Positions 9,050 through 16,132 of a stretch of DNA of 27,965 nucleotides are shown in pieces (position 1 is the first letter of the stretch; each line of letters begins with the position of its first letter). This stretch comes from an uncultured Chitinophagales bacterium (GTDB lineage Bacteria; Bacteroidota; Ignavibacteria; UBA10030; UBA6906): the NCBI GenBank assembly GCA_964414155.1, contig CAYPVN010000005.1, positions 1-27,965 on the forward strand, written 5' to 3'. The notes beneath the pieces were generated by a model. The model had not been told where the DNA came from and searched no databases. It saw nothing but the letters and a program-made list of their open reading frames with translations. The translations under genes and the position numbers were made by a program.

Positions 9050-11878
9050 ATGAAGCAACACCTCTTGCGCTCTATAGTTTTCCTGCTCTCCCTCGTTTGC
9101 GCGGCAGAGGCATCTGCGCAATACTTCTACTTCGGCCGCAACAAGGTTCAGTACACCAATTTCGACTGGCACGTACTGAAGACCGAGCACTTCGATATCT
9201 ACTACTACCCCGAGATGAAAGACCTCGCCGAGCGGGGTGCATTCTTCGCCGAAGAAGCGTACAAGGAACTTGAGGTGAAGTTCAACCACAGCCTTACCAG
9301 TCGCACGCCGCTCATTTTTTACAGCTCGCACCTGCACTTCGAACAAACAAATACTACGGGTGGCTTTATTCCCGAAGGCGTGGGTGGGTTTTTTGAATTC
9401 CTCAAAGGGCGCGTCGTTATTCCCTCGGATGGCTCTGTGGCCGCGTTCCGGCACGTGATCCGGCATGAGCTTGTGCACGTGATGATGCACAGCAAGCTTT
9501 CGCGCGTTCTTATCGATCACCGAAAGCCACAGGATAAGACTCCGCCACTCTGGTTTATCGAAGGCCTTGCCGAGTATTGGTCCACCGATTGGGACACGCA
9601 AGCGGAAATGGTAATGCGTGACGCCGTACTGAGCGACATCGTTGTCGGGCTGAAGGACATGGACAAGATCTATGGCTCGTTCCTGATGTACAAGGAAGGC
9701 CAGAATGTTCTGCGATTTATCGGCCGGACGTACGGAGAGGAAAAAATCCTCCTGCTCATGGAGAATTTCTGGAAGGAGAATTCTTTCAGTGAAGTTTTCC
9801 GCATTACTCTCGGCAAATCCTACAAGGAGTTCGACGAAGAGTGGCTCTATGCTCTCAAGAAGGAGTATTACCCGCTCCTCGCAAGTTACGATGCACCGAG
9901 TAGTGTAACAGTCAATCTTGTCAAGGAAGGATTTAACTTCAAGCCGGTTGTTTTTGAACACGATACCACTCGCGAGGTGTTTTTCATTGGAAACAGGACG
10001 GGATATGCCGGCATCTACAAGAAGAGAATTGACGAGGTCAGCAGCGATGAAGCCGCGGAGAACGTCATTCAGGGTGAGCAGTCGGATGACTTCGAGGCTT
10101 TCCATCCATTCCGCAGCAAGATCGATATTTCTGCCAATGGAATGCTCGCGTTTGTCACCAAGAGCGGCGAAAACGACGTGCTTCATGTGTATGACGTGTT
10201 CAGCAATACCGTGGTGCAGACATTCCGGTTCAAGAATCTTGTCAGTATCGGTTCCGCCTCATGGGCCCCCGACGGCAAGCGTCTCGCTTTTACATCCATT
10301 GACATGTCGGGGAACAACGATCTGTATATTCTGAACACGGAAACACGCGAGTTGCGGAAACTGACCAACGATTACTATGACGATCGCGATCCTGCCTGGT
10401 CGCCTGATGGCAAGAGTATCGCGTTCAGTTCGGACAGAACTCCCTTCGGGAAGGACGGCAAATACAATCTGTTCCTGTGCGATGTTGAAGCGGGCACGAT
10501 TGATTATCTGACATACGGAAACGAGAATGCGTTGGCGCCCTCCTGGTCTCCGGATGGGTCGAAGATTGCCTTCACGTCTGATGCTGACGGCGCGCAAAAC
10601 ATCTGGATCATGGACGTCACCAAGCGCTTCGCGCGTGGCATGCGGTCAATGACGAAAGTGACATACTTTACGACAGCTGCCTTCGACCCGACTTGGACCA
10701 AATCGGGTGATCTGGTCTTCGCTGCGTTTGAGAAGTTCAGCTTCCAGATCAAAATGTTGAAGAACATTCAATCTGTAGCGGACAGATCGACAACGTTGAA
10801 GCTCGTCGACCTCTATAATAAAGAGAAACCATGGGAAACAAAGTCGATCTCCGGCGTCTCAAAGGTGCAATCCCTCAAATACACAGGTGAATACAGCCTC
10901 GATATCGCCCAGAGCGCCATCTCCACAGATCCTGTTTTCGGAACATCCGGCGGTGCCTTTGTTGCGCTGAGCGATTTGCTCGGCAACGACCAGTATTATT
11001 TCCTGCTCTACAACACCGCCCAATCGCAGGACGAGCTTCTCTCCAGTTTTAATCTTGCCATCTCCCGCATTTCCCTCAGCCAGAGGACAAGTTATGCCTA
11101 TGGAATTTACCGGTTCTCCGGAAGGCGATATGATCTGACGGACAAAGACCAATTCTTCTTTGAGCGGGCCTACGGCGGATATTTTGCGTTGAGTTACCCC
11201 CTTTCGAAATTCCAACGCGTAGAGGCATCCGTGAGTCTGACCAATTCAAATAAGGAAGTAGTTGGAACGATCGAGGACAGGAAAGCCCTCCTGCTTTCCA
11301 ATTCTCTCGCATTCACTCACGACAACTCATTATGGGGGCCGAGCGGGCCGCTGGATGGAAGTCGGTTCAATCTTACACTTGCTTTCACTTCCGACATACA
11401 ATATTCCAACGTCAACTATTACACTCTCATTGCTGACTACAGGACATATCTTCGTTTGTCACAACGGAGCGCGTTCGCTTCGCGCTTCTGGATTTTCTAC
11501 AACCACGGGAAAGAGTCCCGGAGATTTTTCATGGGAGGAAGCTGGGACTTGCGGGGATACCCGCGCTGGAGTATTCGCGGAGAGAAACTCTGGCTTATGA
11601 GTCAAGAGCTCCGGTTCCCCTTCATCGACCAATTTGCCGTACAGTTCCCGTTTGGCGGCGTGAGTTTCTGGTCGATCCGAGGAGCGCTGTTCTTTGATAT
11701 GGGAAGCGCGTGGGACAGGGAATATAAAGAGACTCTTGGCAGCATTGGCACCGGATTGCGGATGAACCTCGGTGGTGTCATTGTCCTCCGGTACGACATT
11801 GGCAAGAGGATAGAGAAGAGATTCTCACAACTCCAGCACGACCTCTTTCACCAGTTCTTCTTCGGATGGGATTTTTGA
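9050..11878 (+). CDS. Omp85-superfamily outer-membrane protein with an N-terminal zinc-metallopeptidase (gluzincin-like) domain and a PD40/TolB-like beta-propeller; no POTRA recognised
   Basis: Signal peptide MKQHLL...AEASA|Q from ATG 9050. HELVH (9464-9478) plus WFIEGLAEY. Repeats SWAPDGKRLAF, AWSPDGKSIAF and SWSPDGSKIAF. The barrel has the loop-6 motif DLRGY and a terminal FFFGWDF beta-signal. Confidence 0.85.
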   Translation: MKQHLLRSIVFLLSLVCAAEASAQYFYFGRNKVQYTNFDWHVLKTEHFDIYYYPEMKDLAERGAFFAEEAYKELEVKFNHSLTSRTPLIFYSSHLHFEQTNTTGGFIPEGVGGFFEFLKGRVVIPSDGSVAAFRHVIRHELVHVMMHSKLSRVLIDHRKPQDKTPPLWFIEGLAEYWSTDWDTQAEMVMRDAVLSDIVVGLKDMDKIYGSFLMYKEGQNVLRFIGRTYGEEKILLLMENFWKENSFSEVFRITLGKSYKEFDEEWLYALKKEYYPLLASYDAPSSVTVNLVKEGFNFKPVVFEHDTTREVFFIGNRTGYAGIYKKRIDEVSSDEAAENVIQGEQSDDFEAFHPFRSKIDISANGMLAFVTKSGENDVLHVYDVFSNTVVQTFRFKNLVSIGSASWAPDGKRLAFTSIDMSGNNDLYILNTETRELRKLTNDYYDDRDPAWSPDGKSIAFSSDRTPFGKDGKYNLFLCDVEAGTIDYLTYGNENALAPSWSPDGSKIAFTSDADGAQNIWIMDVTKRFARGMRSMTKVTYFTTAAFDPTWTKSGDLVFAAFEKFSFQIKMLKNIQSVADRSTTLKLVDLYNKEKPWETKSISGVSKVQSLKYTGEYSLDIAQSAISTDPVFGTSGGAFVALSDLLGNDQYYFLLYNTAQSQDELLSSFNLAISRISLSQRTSYAYGIYRFSGRRYDLTDKDQFFFERAYGGYFALSYPLSKFQRVEASVSLTNSNKEVVGTIEDRKALLLSNSLAFTHDNSLWGPSGPLDGSRFNLTLAFTSDIQYSNVNYYTLIADYRTYLRLSQRSAFASRFWIFYNHGKESRRFFMGGSWDLRGYPRWSIRGEKLWLMSQELRFPFIDQFAVQFPFGGVSFWSIRGALFFDMGSAWDREYKETLGSIGTGLRMNLGGVIVLRYDIGKRIEKRFSQLQHDLFHQFFFGWDF

Positions 11879-13035
11879 TGAGCCAACGTACACACACACT
11901 GCGATGGATCATCATTGCGACTCTCCTTCTGGCCGGTTGCGGTGGGCTCAAGGTTGGGTATCCGCTCAAGATCCGGGAAACTGACTGGCCCATGTTCGCC
12001 AGAACCGAAACACGAATCAATGCCACCTCGGAGGCCGTTGTTCCTCCACTATCGGTGGAGTGGCAGTACGATGTTTCCGGGGGCATTGGCACCGGCTCAC
12101 CGCTCATTGTGGATAGCGTTCTTATCGTCGGGAACATGCGTGGTGAGCTTCATGCGATTAACTCGTTCACTGGACGCCGGCTTGGGTGGCTTGGACTGGG
12201 GGATGCAATTGAGGGTTCTCCCATTATCGATGCGGGCGATGCAATTGTTGCAATATCGAATTCACGCCAGTCTCTCGTTTCCGTCGAACTTGCCACAGGA
12301 AGAATCATGTGGAAGATGGAATACGGTGACATCGTAAGCACCCCGTTGCTTCTTCAACAAAAGATCTATGTCGGCAATATCTCGGGTAAGTTTTTCTGCA
12401 TTAAGCGGGAAGATGGTGATTTGGTCTGGACGTTTACAATCCCCGAGAACACCCGGTATAAGGGGATTCGATCCTCTCCCGCCGGATACGCCAATACTAT
12501 CGTATTTGGTGCCGATGATGGTGCACTCTACGCGCTTGATGCGGGCACTGGAAGTCGACGCTGGTCGTTCGTGGTGGCCGCTCCCATAGTCGCGTCGCCT
12601 GCTATTGCAGACAGTAGCGTGTTTGTCGGTGCGATGGATGGAGTGTTCTATGCCATCGATCTCTCCTCAGGAAAACTGCGCTGGACGTTTCCAGCGGGAA
12701 CAAGTATCTATGCGAGCGCCGCCGTAGCGAATGATATGGTCTTGATCGGAACGACCGGTGGAACGCTCTTCGCTCTTAATAAAATTGATGGCTCCATGAT
12801 ATGGAAGACTGAACTGGAAAGCGTCATCAATGCTGGCGCGGTAATTTCAGGTACCATGGTTTATGTGGGAGCGCTCAACAAATATCTCTACGGTTTGACA
12901 ACTTCAGATGGCAAGATTGTCTGGAAGTATGAAATGCGAGGCCGAATAAAGACTCCGCCGGCAGTCGCAAATGGCCGTCTCTATGTAGCAACCGACGATC
13001 GATACGTGACAGCATTTCATGGATCCGGACTATGA
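11878..13035 (+). CDS. PQQ-like beta-propeller repeat lipoprotein (BamB-like)
   Basis: The ATG overlaps the upstream stop (TGATG). Lipobox LLAG-C. Repeated blades such as SSPA...VFGADDGALYALDAGTGSRRWSF and ASPA...VFVGAMDGVFYAIDLSSGKLRWTF. Confidence 0.88.
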   Translation: MSQRTHTLRWIIIATLLLAGCGGLKVGYPLKIRETDWPMFARTETRINATSEAVVPPLSVEWQYDVSGGIGTGSPLIVDSVLIVGNMRGELHAINSFTGRRLGWLGLGDAIEGSPIIDAGDAIVAISNSRQSLVSVELATGRIMWKMEYGDIVSTPLLLQQKIYVGNISGKFFCIKREDGDLVWTFTIPENTRYKGIRSSPAGYANTIVFGADDGALYALDAGTGSRRWSFVVAAPIVASPAIADSSVFVGAMDGVFYAIDLSSGKLRWTFPAGTSIYASAAVANDMVLIGTTGGTLFALNKIDGSMIWKTELESVINAGAVISGTMVYVGALNKYLYGLTTSDGKIVWKYEMRGRIKTPPAVANGRLYVATDDRYVTAFHGSGL

Positions 13036-13856
13036 GGACTTCACACAACCGCTCTGTAATCCTTTTCCTTTCGGCTTTCTCGGCCTTGATGAGTGCCAGG
13101 ATCGCAGCCCAAACACAACAACCAGATACATTGGGGTATATGCCCGAGACTTCAGTCGCCATACTTACCAATATTGACAGCAGTGTGGTCTTCGTCGACG
13201 CTGTGCGGAAGGGGCTCACTCCCCTTTCACTCAGCGACCTCACTCCTGGAACTCATCATCTCGTGTTGCAGCATCCTGATGCTGAAAGCTGGCTTACGAG
13301 CAGCATAGCGGACAGCATTCGGGTGGTTTCCGGGCAGCCGCTGACGCTGCGTTACAGGTTCGAACCGCGCTATCTGATTCAATCGATCCCGTTTGACGCT
13401 GAGGTTGTTCTTGCTGATTCAGTAATTGGTAGGACACCATTGGCTTTTTCAGGAGGGCCCTCTCTCCTCCTCGACAAAAAGACTACTCTCACTCTTCGGA
13501 AACCGGGATATGAAACAGGTACATTCGATATGGGAATGGCACAACATGGTGTTCTGTCGGTTACTCTAAAAAATCTATGGGAAACGAACGGGGACCAGGA
13601 GGCAATCTTCCGATCAGACAACGGCCAGATATCCAAACCGCTTCGCCTGACATTGGCAATAGCTGGTACTGTGCTTTCAGGTACTGCGGCGGCATACTTC
13701 AAGATAAAAGCTGATGATCGCTATCTCGAATATCGGCGTTCAGGAAATCCTGATCTCCTTGCACAATCGCAACGGTTGGATACCGCCGCCGCCGTTGCAT
13801 TTGTTGCCACTCAAATAGGGCTTGGATTGTTCACGTATTTTGTCCTTTCCAACTAA
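13032..13856 (+). CDS. PEGA-domain protein with a signal peptide and a C-terminal hydrophobic helical hairpin
   Basis: ATGA overlap with the upstream gene. Two PEGA-like units (VFVDAVRKGLTPL...PGTHHLVL; SIPFDAEVVLADSVIGRTPL...RKPGY). Two hydrophobic segments at the C-terminus. Confidence 0.75.
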   Translation: MRTSHNRSVILFLSAFSALMSARIAAQTQQPDTLGYMPETSVAILTNIDSSVVFVDAVRKGLTPLSLSDLTPGTHHLVLQHPDAESWLTSSIADSIRVVSGQPLTLRYRFEPRYLIQSIPFDAEVVLADSVIGRTPLAFSGGPSLLLDKKTTLTLRKPGYETGTFDMGMAQHGVLSVTLKNLWETNGDQEAIFRSDNGQISKPLRLTLAIAGTVLSGTAAAYFKIKADDRYLEYRRSGNPDLLAQSQRLDTAAAVAFVATQIGLGLFTYFVLSN

Positions 13857-13893
13857 CTTTACCGGATTACTGCCCCATTTCGGCGAGTATTTC

Positions 13894-13909
13894 CTTGACT
13901 TTAATCACA
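13894..13909. promoter_or_regulatory. Crp/Fnr-type operator overlapping the -35 of the crp promoter
   Basis: CTTGA-CTTTAA-TCACA matches 8/10 of TGTGA-N6-TCACA, with a perfect right half-site. Confidence 0.5.
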
Positions 13910-13923
13910 CAAGCGACTATATT
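13895..13923 (+). promoter_or_regulatory. Sigma70 promoter for crp-PHP-ribH
   Basis: TTGACT (13895-13900), 17-nt spacer, TATATT (13918-13923). Both hexamers are identical to those at 19560-19588. Confidence 0.75.
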
Positions 13924-13942
13924 TTCTGCGGGAAAAACAGTT

Positions 13943-14680
13943 ATGCCTGCCCATCCGGGTGTTCCAACAACCAACGAGGCGACTCTGGACCTGACGATGA
14001 AAAATGAAGTCGAGTTCCTCAAGAACGTACCGATTTTGTGCGATCTTGAGCCCATGGACCTCGACACGATAGCCAAGGTAGGCATCCGTAAGAAGTACAA
14101 GAAGGGAAGCATTATCCTGCTGGAGGAAGAGGCGGGGGCGGCGTTGTTCGTAATCATTTCCGGCAAGGTGAAAATTGTCCGGATGGATGACGACGCAAGA
14201 GAGGTGATACTCTCCATTCTCGGAGAAAGTGACTTCTTCGGTGAGATGGCGATCCTAGACGGATTGGCCCGGTCGGCCAGCGTGGTTGCCATTGCAAAAT
14301 CGGAACTCTTCATGATCCATCGGAGAGATTTCCTGAAACTGTTGCACGATTTCCCCTCTGTTGCGATCGCTCTGCTGAAAGAGCTGACTATGCGTCTTCG
14401 CAAAGCCGACTCGCAAATCAAGAGCCTCTCCCTCAAAGACGCGGCAGGACGTGTGGCAAACGTCGTTCTCCAGCTCGCCGACGATATCGGTAAGATTCGT
14501 AAGGGGCGCGTTGAGATCGACGAGCTTCCTCTCCAGCAAGATCTTGCCAACATGGCCGGCACCTCCCGAGAAACCATCTCCCGAATGATCCACGCCTTCA
14601 TCCGTGATGGACACCTTGAACTTGAGCGGGGGAAATTGATTATCAACGATTATGAGAAGTTCAAAAGCAGGTACCTCTAA
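13943..14680 (+). CDS. Crp/Fnr family transcriptional regulator with a cyclic-nucleotide-binding domain
   Basis: cNMP pocket FFGEMAILDGLARSASVVA and HTH QQDLANMAGTSRETISR (CRP-like R-E-x-x-x-R). The start is ATG 13943 or ATG 13997. The ORF track's TTG 13895 is the -35 box. Confidence 0.93.
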   Translation: MPAHPGVPTTNEATLDLTMKNEVEFLKNVPILCDLEPMDLDTIAKVGIRKKYKKGSIILLEEEAGAALFVIISGKVKIVRMDDDAREVILSILGESDFFGEMAILDGLARSASVVAIAKSELFMIHRRDFLKLLHDFPSVAIALLKELTMRLRKADSQIKSLSLKDAAGRVANVVLQLADDIGKIRKGRVEIDELPLQQDLANMAGTSRETISRMIHAFIRDGHLELERGKLIINDYEKFKSRYL

Positions 14681-14715
14681 GCTCCCCCCTGAACGTACAG
14701 AGCATTCGGTCGTGC

Positions 14716-15537
14716 ATGGATGGTAAGGCTGATCTTCACATGCACACCACGCACTCCGATGGCGTGTTCACGACAGAGGAATTGCTTCGCCGCGTGAAGG
14801 ATGTCGGACTGACAACCATCAGCATCACCGATCATGACAATGTCGGAGCCATCGATGAGGCGATCCAAGTCGGAAAAACTCTGGGCGTTGAAGTCATTTC
14901 GGGAGTTGAACTCAGTTCGACGGTAGGCGAGCAGGACGTTCATATCCTCGGATACTTCATTGATCATAAGAGTCAAAACCTGCTGGACTACCTGGCTTTT
15001 TTCCGGATCGAAAGGGTAAGGCGCGCTGAACGGATCGTGGGGAAGCTGAACGATTTGAACATCCCGTTGAAGATTGAATCGGTGTTGGAGCAAGCAGGCG
15101 AGGGTTCCGTAGGCAGACCGCACATTGCAAATGCGTTGCTGGAAGAAGGGCTGACGGGGAGTTATCACGAGGCATTCTCAAAATACATCGGGTTTGGCAA
15201 ACCTGCATATCAGAAAAAATACCAGGTCTCCCCACAGGCAGCAGTTGAATTGATCTCTTCAGCCGGAGGTTTATCGTTCGTCGCCCACCCGGGCAACAGC
15301 ATCGACGAGAAGGTGCTGTTGGGACTGATTAATGATGGAGTGGACGGTATCGAAGTGATTCATCCTTCTCACTCTCCCGAACGTGTATCGCATTACAGCG
15401 GAATTGTCAGCGAGTATTTTCTCCTTGCAAGCGGGGGCTCGGATTTTCACGGCGGAAAAAGAAACGATCTGGATTTACTTGGACAGTATTACATACCAGA
15501 ACGCCAGGTTGAAACCATGCGGCGGCATCTGCGATAA
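14716..15537 (+). CDS. PHP-domain phosphoesterase (YciV/TrpH-like)
   Basis: DLHMHTTHSDG, ITDHD, GVELS, HILGY, GRPHIA, AHP, GIEV and GGSDFHG motifs. Confidence 0.92.
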   Translation: MDGKADLHMHTTHSDGVFTTEELLRRVKDVGLTTISITDHDNVGAIDEAIQVGKTLGVEVISGVELSSTVGEQDVHILGYFIDHKSQNLLDYLAFFRIERVRRAERIVGKLNDLNIPLKIESVLEQAGEGSVGRPHIANALLEEGLTGSYHEAFSKYIGFGKPAYQKKYQVSPQAAVELISSAGGLSFVAHPGNSIDEKVLLGLINDGVDGIEVIHPSHSPERVSHYSGIVSEYFLLASGGSDFHGGKRNDLDLLGQYYIPERQVETMRRHLR

Positions 15538-15588
15538 TTGAGCGATCGTATCCGGTTTTTTTCTTATAACTTGGAATGAATTGGGTTT

Positions 15589-16080
15589 ATGGTACAATCA
15601 ATTGAAGGACAACTGTCCGGTGAGGGGTATTCGTTCGGCATCGTGGTGAGCCGTTTCAACAGTCTCGTCACGAACCAGTTGCTTGCTGGTGCACTTGATT
15701 GCCTGCGACGTCACGGAGCGGCGGAAAGCAATATCACCGTGGTCCATTGTCCTGGCGCATTCGAAATTCCGCAGATCGCTCATCAACTGGCGAACGCAGG
15801 AAAGGTCGATGCCGTCATCTGCCTTGGATGCATCATCCGCGGTGAAACACCTCACTTCGAATACATTGCAACGGCAGTTGCAAACGGCGTCAGTCGCATC
15901 GCTCTTGATACGGGCGTTCCCGTAGCGTTCGGCGTGCTCACAACAGAGACGCTCGAGCAGGCACTTGAACGTGCCGGTGCGAAAGCGGGCAATAAGGGTT
16001 GGGATGCCGCCATGTCCGCACTTGAACTCGTCCACGTAAGAAAGCAACTCTCTGAGGGAAGGAAACGATCCAAGAATTGA
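15589..16080 (+). CDS. ribH: 6,7-dimethyl-8-ribityllumazine synthase
   Basis: [41 protein letters not shown] and NKGWDAA. Confidence 0.97.
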   Translation: MVQSIEGQLSGEGYSFGIVVSRFNSLVTNQLLAGALDCLRRHGAAESNITVVHCPGAFEIPQIAHQLANAGKVDAVICLGCIIRGETPHFEYIATAVANGVSRIALDTGVPVAFGVLTTETLEQALERAGAKAGNKGWDAAMSALELVHVRKQLSEGRKRSKN

Positions 16081-16118
16081 TAAGAATTCATGCTGTGGTA
16101 GCCATGCATAATTCTTAT
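16080..16118 (+). other. Long intergenic inverted repeat/hairpin between ribH and the porZ-like gene
   Basis: ATAAGAATT (16080-16088) pairs with AATTCTTAT (16110-16118). ATGC/GCAT and GTGG/CCAT extend the stem around a TAG loop. Confidence 0.7.
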
Positions 16119-16132
16119 ATGGTGATATGATC

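Noticed and set aside
8879-10186. 435-aa minus-strand ORF
   Set aside because: It lies antisense to the well-supported Omp85 gene, has no recognisable motif and starts on a non-ATG codon. It is best explained as a shadow of sense-strand codon bias.
13895-13942. N-terminal extension of the Crp ORF from TTG 13895
   Set aside because: That TTG is the -35 hexamer TTGACT, upstream of the predicted transcription start.
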